Assembly: GCA_963663495.1 (NCBI GenBank)
Contig: OY760427.1
Location: 412,040-476,039 of the forward strand
Source of the DNA: Rhodothermales bacterium
GTDB lineage: Bacteria > Bacteroidota > Rhodothermia > Rhodothermales > Bin80
Direction of reading: 5' to 3'
DNA: 64,000 nucleotides
Positions 10,707 to 19,500 of the stretch are shown here, piece after piece. The translations under genes were made by a program, and so were the position numbers. The first letter of the stretch is position 1. Each line of letters begins with the position of its first letter. Below the pieces are notes generated by a model. That model was not told the origin of the DNA. It did not search any database and was given only the letters and a program-made list of their open reading frames with translations.

Positions 10707-12002
10707 ATGCAAGCATGTGAGACAACAACCAAGCCCTCAACCAAGGCCAGGAAGCGAGTGAAGCACTTCCGGGATATAATTGATCAAGATCGGGAGACCA
10801 AGATGGCACTCTTGCGATGCAGCGGTAGCATTGAGGAGCTGTTGGCTAAATTGGTCATGGAAGAGGAGGTAGAGTCGCTCTGTGGCAAGCGCTACGCGAG
10901 AGACGATGTGCACGACGGACGTTACGAGAGATGGGGGACCAATCCGGGTTCAATCAGGATCATGGGGAAACGCCTGAAGATCCGGGTGCAGCGCGTACGG
11001 GATAAGAAAGAGGGCAAGGAGCGTCCTCTGGAGACCTATTGTGAGCTACGCAATGCATCGGTTGAAGAGGAGAACAATCTGACGGAAAACATTCTTCTTG
11101 GGATCAGCCAGCGGGATTATCACCGTGTGGTCAGCGCGTTTGCGGACAGTTATGGATTGAGCGCTTCCTCGGTCAGTCGCACTTTCAGGAAGAAGAGTGC
11201 GGAGGCCCTCAAGAAGTTCGAAGAACGCGATCTGTCTTCGGAAACCTATGTGACGCTGCTGATAGATGGCAAGTACTTGCAGGAGTGCCAGATCGTGCTG
11301 TGTATGGGCATTACGGCAGACGGAAAGAAGGAGATCTTGGGCATGGTGGAGACGACCACGGAGAATGCGGAGGCGATTGCAGGTTTGTTGGAAGGCCTGA
11401 TCAATCGCGGCCTGTGCTATGACCAGGGCCTGCTGTGCGTTGTGGATGGAGCGAAGGGGCTTTACAAGGCGGTAAAGGATGTCTTCGGCGACTACACGCA
11501 GGTGCAGCGTTGTACCTGGCACAAGCGGGAGAATGTGGTGAGCAAGCTCACGAAAAAGGAGGATGCGCCCAAGGTGCGTCGGAAGATGCAGGAGGCGTAT
11601 CGTGAAGACACGTACGACGACGCAAAAGCGGGGCTTGAGACCCTACGGGATGACTTGGAGGAACAAGGGGAGGAAGCGGCCGCACGTAGCCTGGAAGAGG
11701 GCATGGAAGAGACGCTGACACTGCACAGGCTGGGTGTGGCGGATACGGTCGGATGCAGTCTGCTAACCACCAACATCATTGAGAATGTCAACGGCCAGCT
11801 GGCTAATCGAACGCGGCGGATCAGACGTTGGGTAAACTCAGATCAACGTCACCGATGGGTAGCAATGGCTATGCTGGAAACCGAACCCCGATTATGTAAG
11901 CTTGGCTGCGCAAAACACCTTCCGAAGCTCCAAAAAGCCCTGCTAAAATGTGTGCCGAAACCGTATCTTGGGCCCACTCCTAAGCCGGTCTTGAAAAAAT
12001 AG
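10707..12002 (+). CDS. IS256-family transposase, apparently intact
   Basis: Mutator-type motifs LLIDGKYL, CVVDGAKGL, TTNIIENVNGQLANRTRR. ATG at 10707 is preferred over the non-ATG start at 10659 in the ORF track. Confidence 0.9.
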   Translation: MQACETTTKPSTKARKRVKHFRDIIDQDRETKMALLRCSGSIEELLAKLVMEEEVESLCGKRYARDDVHDGRYERWGTNPGSIRIMGKRLKIRVQRVRDKKEGKERPLETYCELRNASVEEENNLTENILLGISQRDYHRVVSAFADSYGLSASSVSRTFRKKSAEALKKFEERDLSSETYVTLLIDGKYLQECQIVLCMGITADGKKEILGMVETTTENAEAIAGLLEGLINRGLCYDQGLLCVVDGAKGLYKAVKDVFGDYTQVQRCTWHKRENVVSKLTKKEDAPKVRRKMQEAYREDTYDDAKAGLETLRDDLEEQGEEAAARSLEEGMEETLTLHRLGVADTVGCSLLTTNIIENVNGQLANRTRRIRRWVNSDQRHRWVAMAMLETEPRLCKLGCAKHLPKLQKALLKCVPKPYLGPTPKPVLKK

Positions 12003-12279
12003 ACCAACTAAATCTGGCACCATGCCCGTACGAAGATGCCCTGCTCTGCGCAAGACGCCGCTGCGGACCGGGTCCTTTCGTTATACTGCTCTACCAGCGG
12101 AAACATCTCTTCCGCCGTACGTCTGGGCTGTACCAGGCGGGCGGTCCGGGGTCTGGGTTCTCACGTCTACGGGTAAGCTCTACAGAACCCGTCACCTAAT
12201 CAAGATGCAAGTTCACCGCACGCTCACGCAGGTGTAGCCACTGGGGCATAGGCCCACATCAGGCAGGTTGATATGCCAT

Positions 12280-14589
12280 TTATATGAACCCAGATGAATT
12301 CCCGTGCGAACATGCACTCAATTGTTCGTCTCTTACCTCGTATCCCAATGTCATTAGGTGTAACCTCTCTAGGCCACGCCACATGATCTGGTAACCCACC
12401 GGTCCATCACGAGTGCGGTTCTGATAACCGCCGAGCACCGCTACGATCAGGATAGCAGCTCCCAAAGTACTGGGCTTCGGCAGCTTTACCCGTGCTGCAT
12501 ATCCTTCCAAGAATCGCAGCTCCATCTCCGTGAAAAAGACATCCGCGTCCAGCTCCGGCACCTCCCGACCCAATTGCACCAAGGTCATGACGCGCCAGGA
12601 TATCACACAATACATCGTTATTGCTCGCTGCAGACGCAACGAGGTACGCAGACCCAAACGCTCTACCTTGCACCCACTCTTGAGCACGCGGAAGAAGTCT
12701 TCCACCCGCCACCGCTTGAGATACATTGCCAACACCCGCCGTGCATCCGCTACGCTCCCTACCTCCATGCTGGTCAATAGCATCCACTCCACCGGCAGCG
12801 CATCCCCCGGAGGCTCCACCTCCAACACATGCACCCCGTACATCACCACCGGCTCCTCCTCGTTCTTCGGATCCGGCAACAAGAACATCCCGTAGCGTAC
12901 CTCCGCATTGACCATCCGGTAACTGCGACCCTTCCGTGCCTGCTTGCGCGCCTGCTTCTTGCGCGCCGTCACCCGCTGTATCTCTATCTCCACATTCCCC
13001 GGAGCCTTACCACTGCGCATTACCGCAAACAGCTTGCGATCATCCAACAGCTTGCGATCATGCTTCGCTCGTATCAATACCTCCGCCTTACCCTGTCTGC
13101 GCTGCTCGGCAAACATAGCAAAGCTGTCCGCCTCCCGGTCCGCAACACAGATCACCTGCGTCTCGCCGGACAGCTCCTCCGCCGCCTCGCATATATCCTT
13201 GAACCCGTCTATCCACTGCTGCGTCCGTGGAGCATGCGGACCCTCCTCCGGATCCTTGAAGCTGCCACGCAACACCCCCAACGTCAATCCATCCTCCGTC
13301 ACCACCAGCGTCGCATGCAACGGCAACCCCAGCGTCTTCGCCGTCGTCTGATTACTCCCTATTACCTCCAAATCCGTACACGCCGGCCGCGTACTGTACC
13401 GCAACTTCGTCGTGTCCTGGATGCATAACACGGTCTCCTGACTACGCATGCGCTCTATCGTACGCCCACGATGCGGCGCCAATATGTTCTCCGGCGTTAC
13501 CGTTTTGTCCTTCTTGCTCTCCAATAACCGGTAATGCCCCTTCACCGCCGCGCGGTCCGCATCCGTATGCGCGGTAATGCTGTGGCCTATCACATCGGCC
13601 AACATGGACGTACTCTTTACCAGTCGCACAGACAACCGCCTGTCTCCCAATGGCGCTCCGCCAAACTCCGTTTCGGCCCACTGCGCACTGTCTATCCCCT
13701 CGTGCGGATCCCTCACCGGACGCAACTCCTCCTCCGGTTCCCCCAAGGTCCCGCGCCATTCTTTGTCCAACTCGTATACATACAGCCCCTTGGGATCCTC
13801 TTCCTTTGCCTCCTTGTGCCGCTTTCCGCCTGCGGTATGGCCGATCAATACAAAATTGTTCACCTCAAAACACGCTCCTTCCCCTTGGGGATCTACATAC
13901 GTTTCGACAACCCAGGGACGGTAACAGTACCGTGCCTGAAAATCATCCGCCAACCGTCTCAATACGTTACCCAGTACATGGCTGGCCAAATCCTGACACT
14001 GCCCCCGTATCAGAAAACGACTCAAACACACCACACGGTGCAAATGCGCCTTGCGCTGCTCATCACTCCACGCCATCCAGTGCTCTCTGGGCGCCAGGCA
14101 CAACGCCGCCGCCGAAAATCCCACCGCTCCCAGGTAACCATGGGCACTGCCTATCAGATAGCGTACCTGCGCTCCCACAAATGTGGTCGTACGCCTCGGA
14201 TGCTCAAAGTGCAGCAACGTGTTCCACACCATACGCTGCTCGTCCGTCTCAACCAACTCAATCGTCAACCCCCGGACACCGTGTACCGTGTCCGGTAACG
14301 CTATCGGATCCGGTACCCGCTCCTCGCGCCTACGCGGTTCCGCCTTAGCCGCATTACAATTCTCGGGCTTGGGCAACACAATCCTCCCCCGGGCCTCCAA
14401 CTTCGATAAAGCCTGCGCACAGTTGCTCACCTGCGGTTCGCCCCGTGCATCAACAAACCCGAACTCTTCACAGACAGCGCGCGCTATCTGCGTGCGAAAC
14501 CGCCAACGATCGTCGGCAAGAACCCTGTCCAAACGCTCTCCATTGCAGGGAGCGGTGAGCGTTCGTAAGACCTGACTTCGTTGAAACAT
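12280..14589 (-). CDS. IS4-family transposase with N-terminal DUF4338-like domain, full length (769 aa)
   Basis: N-terminal FEHPRRTTTFVGAQVRYLIGS...WVVETYVDP (DUF4338-type). C-terminal IS4 signature YLKRWRVEDFFRVLK (Y-2-R-3-E-6-K). Confidence 0.85.
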   Translation of the reverse strand: MFQRSQVLRTLTAPCNGERLDRVLADDRWRFRTQIARAVCEEFGFVDARGEPQVSNCAQALSKLEARGRIVLPKPENCNAAKAEPRRREERVPDPIALPDTVHGVRGLTIELVETDEQRMVWNTLLHFEHPRRTTTFVGAQVRYLIGSAHGYLGAVGFSAAALCLAPREHWMAWSDEQRKAHLHRVVCLSRFLIRGQCQDLASHVLGNVLRRLADDFQARYCYRPWVVETYVDPQGEGACFEVNNFVLIGHTAGGKRHKEAKEEDPKGLYVYELDKEWRGTLGEPEEELRPVRDPHEGIDSAQWAETEFGGAPLGDRRLSVRLVKSTSMLADVIGHSITAHTDADRAAVKGHYRLLESKKDKTVTPENILAPHRGRTIERMRSQETVLCIQDTTKLRYSTRPACTDLEVIGSNQTTAKTLGLPLHATLVVTEDGLTLGVLRGSFKDPEEGPHAPRTQQWIDGFKDICEAAEELSGETQVICVADREADSFAMFAEQRRQGKAEVLIRAKHDRKLLDDRKLFAVMRSGKAPGNVEIEIQRVTARKKQARKQARKGRSYRMVNAEVRYGMFLLPDPKNEEEPVVMYGVHVLEVEPPGDALPVEWMLLTSMEVGSVADARRVLAMYLKRWRVEDFFRVLKSGCKVERLGLRTSLRLQRAITMYCVISWRVMTLVQLGREVPELDADVFFTEMELRFLEGYAARVKLPKPSTLGAAILIVAVLGGYQNRTRDGPVGYQIMWRGLERLHLMTLGYEVRDEQLSACSHGNSSGFI

Positions 14590-14827
14590 GCCGCAACATA
14601 AAGAACAAGTAGCAAAATGTCAAATACATGAAGTGGTAGGATGGCAGTGGAAGCGGCGCAGGAAGAGATCGCGTATCCGCACGAGAGGACGGCATTATTC
14701 ACCTCAAGTCACACACCATACCTGTCAGGTCGAAATACCCGAGATATTCCGACAGCCATGCCAGCGAGAGTTGACCAGAACTGACGAACAATCGAACCGT
14801 GATGGATGATTTATGGGGGAAGGGCAG

Positions 14828-15430
14828 GGCAAGGTTCTTGATCCGCACCATGGAGCGAATCAGGAACCGATTCAAACCCACGACATGGTCCCGGTAGTCC
14901 TCACGCTGCTCGTCCGACCACGCCATCCATCTGTCGCGCGCCTTCAGATACAGCCCCGCAGCCGCAAAGCCTATCGCTCCGATGTAGCCATGCTCGCTCC
15001 CGACAAGATAGCGCAACTGCCGTCCGACAAACCGTGGCGCACACAACGGATGCTCGGCCTCCACAAGCGTATTCCAGATCGCACGCTGCCCGGCATCTTC
15101 TACCAATTCCAACTCCAGGCCGTGCACATCCTTGAGCAACGTCGGCACTCCAACAGGCGCAGGTACCGGTTCGTCCAACAAACGAGGCACTGTGCTTCGG
15201 ACCACGCGCTTCGGTGCAGGCAAGGACAGCGCACCCTCGGCTTCGAGTGTCTTGAGCGCCTGCAAACAACTGCTGTGCTGCACACGCCCTAAGGCATCAT
15301 AAAAGCCAAACGCTTCACTCACACGGCGACTTATCGCTGTGCGACCATCGTCAGGATGCTGCTCCATGACCTCTGTCAACTCACATGGAGCGGCACGCAG
15401 TGTCTTCAGAATCTGATGTTGAACCACCAT
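14828..15430 (-). pseudogene. N-terminal half of the diverged DUF4338-type transposase gene that was the target of the IS4 insertion
   Basis: Translates to MVVQHQILKTL...RFLIRSMVRIKNLA. The frame continues at 5742 downward (SHTLGKV...) once the IS4 element and one copy of GGCAAGGT are removed. Confidence 0.65.
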
Positions 15431-15489
15431 GCCGCCAATCTAAGCGGCATGAATTGCAAAGTCAAGTAGGGGTACCGGTTGAACGGTAG

Positions 15490-15729
15490 TGCTAGGTGAT
15501 CGGTGACCCTCTCAGCAGTCCTCAAATCAGCGGTGGAGGTGTATCGCCAGACCAACTGGAAGAGAACATGAGTGAATCCATGTTCCCGCAGGTCACCACC
15601 GTAAGCGAGATTCGTGTCTGCGGCGAGAAGTTGGAGTGCAATCTCGGCCATGGCCTCCTTGAAGTGTCCTTCGCTTAGACCCAAAGCCACCATGTCCGGG
15701 CTGTCTGATGTTGAAATTGCAACAGTCAT
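15490..15729 (-). pseudogene. About 80-codon N-terminal fragment of a possible SLOG/STALD-like protein, truncated by the adjacent IS
   Basis: MTVAISTSDSPDMVALGLSEGHFKEAMAEIALQLLAADTNLAYGGDLREHGFT recalls SLOG-type N-termini. This rests on memory of the family only. The boundary is approximate. Confidence 0.25.
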
Positions 15730-16011
15730 TGGTACAGATAGGTCTTACGTAGTCTTCCGCGCAAGCCATTGAGTTAGTGTTTGCCAGAAAAAGGTAGGAG
15801 GGCTGAAAAACGGCGAAACAAGGCCGTTTGATACTCGTTTTGTCAAGCTGTAAGCGTCACGTGTACAGATGGATATGAGCCATACGGTATTTGCACATTG
15901 CAGATTATTCAGCCAGCGTGTCTCTAACGAATGTTTGGCCAAATCCTTCTGTTTCGGGCGTTTTCATCGATATAAGGCCCCTTGTGGCCGATTATTCATA
16001 CGATTAATACC

Positions 16012-17436
16012 ATGCGGATTGTAGAGGATACACAGTTTAAGCTCGGGCAGGTCCCCATTGAAGAGATGACCTTCCACCCCAAAGACCGGGACGATATACC
16101 GGCAGTGCTAAAAGGACTGCAGCACCTGTATTGCGACCCAACGGCTCGGCAGAAGATCTTTGAGATCCTGGAGAAGCAGTTGCTTCCGAATATTGATTTG
16201 CAGCGTGGTCGTCCGGGGATGGCACTTTGGCGCGTCTTTGTCTTGGGGGTATTGAAGCAGGCCCTCAACTGCGACTTTGATCGTTTGAGGAGCCTGGCCG
16301 CCAATCATTTGGAGGTGCGCCAGATGCTGGGGCATACGAATTTCTGGGACGAGCCTGTCTATCAGCTGCAGACCGTTATTGATAACGTGAGCCTGCTAAC
16401 AGCGGACATCCTGAAGCAGATCAACGATGCGGTGGTGGCTTGCGGTCACCGATTGGTAGAACAGGAGCCAGAGGAGCCGCTTCTTTGCCGGGTTGATTCG
16501 GCGGTGGCCAAAGCGAATGTGGAGTGGCCTACGGATGTTCGTTTGTTGTGGGAATCGATGCGGTGCCTGATTCGGGAGTTGCATTGCGCATGTGAGGCGC
16601 ACAGCCTTGCGGGCTGGCGCAAGGCTGTGTACTGGAGTCGTACCTTGAAGAAGGCCTTCAACCGGGTGCGTACGCACCGTCAGTGGCGTGATGAGTCGAA
16701 GGTGAGAAAGTATGTGAAGATGTGTCGTGTTCTGATTGAGCGTGCGGAGAGCAGTGTCAGCGTGTTGAAGGAGAAAGACGCGGATCTTGAGGAGGTGTTG
16801 CGGTACTTGGCAGATGCACAAAGGCAGATAGATCAAGTAGATAGGCGTCTATTGAAGGGGGAGGTGATTCCGCATGATGAGAAGGTATTTTCGATACATG
16901 AGCCGCATACTCGTTGGATCACCAAGGGGAAGGCGGGGGTGATTGCGGAGTTGGGTCTGCCGGTATGCGTGCTGGAGGATCAGCATCAGTTGATATTGTG
17001 GCATCAGATACTGCACGAAGGGGTGGATTCGGATATGATTGTGGGGTTTATGAAGGAAGCGAAGGATCGGTATCCGGCGATCACATCGTGCAGCATGGAT
17101 AAGGGGTACTCATCGGTAAAGAACCGTAAGGCGCTGGAGCCGGTGTTGGACACGGTGATCATGCCGAAGAGGGGTAAGTTGAGCAAAGCGGACAAGGAGA
17201 GGGAATCCGATCCGAAGTTTGTGGAGGGTCGTCGTCAGCATCCGGCAGTGGAGTCGGCGATCAACAATTTGAATCATCGGGGCCTGGGTTTGATACGGAC
17301 CCGTGGCAAGGAAGGCTTTGTTCGAACGGTGGCGCTGGTAGTGGTAGCGGCAAATGTGCACCGTATCGGACAGATAGTGAAGCGGAGCGAGGAGCGACGA
17401 AGGCGGTGCGAGCAGGCCCGCAAGCGCGCGGCGTAG
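16012..17436 (+). CDS. DDE transposase of the IS4/IS5 superfamily (ISNCY-like)
   Basis: Start MRIVEDTQFKLGQVPIEEMTFHPKDRDDIPAVLKGLQHLY and C-terminal VESAINNLNHRGLGLIRTRG are typical of this transposase type. ATG at 16012. Confidence 0.7.
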   Translation: MRIVEDTQFKLGQVPIEEMTFHPKDRDDIPAVLKGLQHLYCDPTARQKIFEILEKQLLPNIDLQRGRPGMALWRVFVLGVLKQALNCDFDRLRSLAANHLEVRQMLGHTNFWDEPVYQLQTVIDNVSLLTADILKQINDAVVACGHRLVEQEPEEPLLCRVDSAVAKANVEWPTDVRLLWESMRCLIRELHCACEAHSLAGWRKAVYWSRTLKKAFNRVRTHRQWRDESKVRKYVKMCRVLIERAESSVSVLKEKDADLEEVLRYLADAQRQIDQVDRRLLKGEVIPHDEKVFSIHEPHTRWITKGKAGVIAELGLPVCVLEDQHQLILWHQILHEGVDSDMIVGFMKEAKDRYPAITSCSMDKGYSSVKNRKALEPVLDTVIMPKRGKLSKADKERESDPKFVEGRRQHPAVESAINNLNHRGLGLIRTRGKEGFVRTVALVVVAANVHRIGQIVKRSEERRRRCEQARKRAA

Positions 17437-17734
17437 GTACTCGCGCGAGCGTCTTCAGCACAGAATCAAGGTAGCCTGCAAGGGCGAGAGGCCAACGTAT
17501 GTTCATGCCTCGCTGATGGACGACAAAAACACGTCTGATCAACGTCAAAACCCTAGGATTGCCGGCGTGAGCGGACAAAGTCGGCACCGTTACCGTCGAA
17601 AAATCCTTGCTGACTTGTCATTCCGATCCCCAATTCGAATTCCAGCCCCCCACTCAGCCAAGAGTCGCTCGCAAGACCATACTTTTCTGGCAAACACGAG
17701 TTATGGTTTGGAATTGCAGGCCGCCCCTAATCGC

Positions 17735-18130
17735 ATGGAGAAGTTGCACTTCTTCCTTGCCGAGTGGTGGATCAGGATAAACTACCACGCCGCGCATCTC
17801 CTGATTGATCACCGGAGCCGAAAGGGAGGCTGGCTCGGGAGAATCTGCCAGACGTTTCTGGATTTCGAGGAGACGGAGGAGAGCAAGATCTTTGAGAATG
17901 AGGCGTTCGAGTTTTGGAAGGTAACGGTGGAGCGGCTGTTGCGGCTGGCGGTGGATCTGTCGGAGGAGCGATGGGAAGAGTTCTTCGACGGATGTATAGA
18001 CGCAGGGAATGTGAAGCTGGGTGATGCGGTGCATGCGGTAGGGAACAGGATGGATTCCGGGCCGTATGTAGACTACAATCGGTTCTTGGAACTTAGGACT
18101 ATTCAACAAGAGCCCTCCAATGGTGCATGA
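17735..18130 (+). CDS. Hypothetical protein (131 aa) overlapping the start of the downstream HEPN gene
   Basis: ORF from ATG 17735. 11-nt overlap with 18120. AT-richer than the flanking IS. No recognisable motif. Confidence 0.4.
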   Translation: MEKLHFFLAEWWIRINYHAAHLLIDHRSRKGGWLGRICQTFLDFEETEESKIFENEAFEFWKVTVERLLRLAVDLSEERWEEFFDGCIDAGNVKLGDAVHAVGNRMDSGPYVDYNRFLELRTIQQEPSNGA

Positions 18131-19376
18131 ATTAACTCAACCTGCTATCAGACAGCCTACCAGGATCGTGAAGGTTGATGGACAATTTGTTGATGTACCC
18201 GCCGTTGTCGAGCATATGGTGTGTTCTAGTTCGATAGTTGTAAGTGAAGCCGGTGCATTGTGGAAAATATTCCGGAAGCCGCAGGACTTTCGAGTTGTGC
18301 TAAATGGTGGTGTGCAATTTGAAGTCATGCTGGCGTCCCACAAACCTGGATCATCCGAGTTTACCCTGGTCCCGGTCCGCCAGCCTGTGACCGTCATTGA
18401 TAAGGGCGGTTCTCTCCAAGAGCTACGCTTTTCTATTCTCAACTTACCGGACATGCATGGACCACAAGTCAAGACGGTCCGAAAAGGGAACCAGGAAATA
18501 TTCATCCCGAGTGTGCAGGTCGCTATACCAGATTGGCATGTGGAGGTTGAGGCAGTGCCGGAAATCAGGGACATTGAGAAGAAGCTGGTTCGAGAAAGAG
18601 GCATCGGGGTCACATATACGGGCCGAATTGCCCGATCCGACGCGGGCGATTTCACACGGAAGGAAGTCGAGCCACTTCTGAACGCACTACGGGACTTTCT
18701 TTTGTTTTCCTGCGGTTCTTGGTGCGGCTTCAATTCGGTAAGAGCCTTTGATCAAGCTGGGCAACAATCGTGGGTCCGCTGGGGGGCACCTAAGATTGCT
18801 GCTTTTGATAAGAACCGCCTATCATGGTTCTTTACCCATAAGGGCACTGCCATTCTTTCGAAGCTTTTTCCCGTGTATTGGGACTTGGTTAACACTAGTG
18901 GGCAAGAGACTATAAACCAGGTTATATACAGTTACCTGAGGGCTAACGAAAGCGCGATGAATATGGGGGTAATTAGGGCGCAAGCAGCCTTGGAGAGATT
19001 GTCTTTGCACATCCTCGAGAGAGACAGAAAACCTAAAGAGCGCACTGCAGAATTCATTCGTAAAGCATTAGTCAAATCAGGTCTGGATTCTGATATCCCA
19101 GCGTGCTGCCGTCAACTCAAGGCTCTGCAGCAACGTGGTTCACGCAAGTGGGAGCATGGTCCGCACGCGATTGTGGATCTTCGGAATAACCTAATTCACC
19201 CCAAAAATCGCATTGGTTGCGTGACTGATCGTGCTTACTACGAGGGTTGCAATTTGGGGTTGTGGTACGTAGAGATGCTGTTACTAAAGCAATTGGGTTA
19301 CCAGGGGGCGTACCGTAACCGACTCGCCACTCGATACAATGGAGAGGAATCAATTCAACTTATCCCGCGGGCCTAA
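18120..19376 (+). CDS. HEPN-domain protein (ApeA-like architecture), candidate abortive-infection effector
   Basis: C-terminal R-x4-H motif in HAIVDLRNNLIHPKN within a helical region. The about 300-aa N-terminal region is unassigned. Confidence 0.55.
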   Translation: MVHELTQPAIRQPTRIVKVDGQFVDVPAVVEHMVCSSSIVVSEAGALWKIFRKPQDFRVVLNGGVQFEVMLASHKPGSSEFTLVPVRQPVTVIDKGGSLQELRFSILNLPDMHGPQVKTVRKGNQEIFIPSVQVAIPDWHVEVEAVPEIRDIEKKLVRERGIGVTYTGRIARSDAGDFTRKEVEPLLNALRDFLLFSCGSWCGFNSVRAFDQAGQQSWVRWGAPKIAAFDKNRLSWFFTHKGTAILSKLFPVYWDLVNTSGQETINQVIYSYLRANESAMNMGVIRAQAALERLSLHILERDRKPKERTAEFIRKALVKSGLDSDIPACCRQLKALQQRGSRKWEHGPHAIVDLRNNLIHPKNRIGCVTDRAYYEGCNLGLWYVEMLLLKQLGYQGAYRNRLATRYNGEESIQLIPRA

Positions 19377-19500
19377 CCCGCGTTTCTCACAAGCAGGTCG
19401 AGACGGCCTGAGAAGCATTCAATTGGACTTCAGCACGAGTGCGTTTGAGTCAGAATCTTGGTAGCGTGTAATTTTTTGCTCCTCCAGTACCAATTTCCGG

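Larger units (their letters stand above)
6010..12027 (+). mobile_element. 6.0-kb IS256-derived element: IR, degenerate transposase paralogue, 3.4-kb repeat array, intact transposase, IR
   Basis: GGGCATGGTGCCAGATTTAGTTGG at 6010-6033 and its exact complement at 12004-12027. I saw no further copy of this IR inside. Flanks CCGTACGA|...|GTACGAAG share GTACGA/CGTACGA. The flanks (5743-6009 and 12028-12279) are the two halves of the IS4 3' arm. Confidence 0.75.
5743..14827 (-). mobile_element. IS4-family element (about 3.06 kb of its own sequence) with about 180-bp terminal inverted repeats, split by the nested 6.0-kb IS256-derived element
   Basis: Ends CTGCCCTGTACCCATAAATCATCC (5743) and the complement of CTGCCCTTCCCCCATAAATCATCC (14827). 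5743-5925 is an inverted copy of 14640-14827. 8-bp direct repeat GGCAAGGT at 5735-5742 and 14828-14835. Confidence 0.8.
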
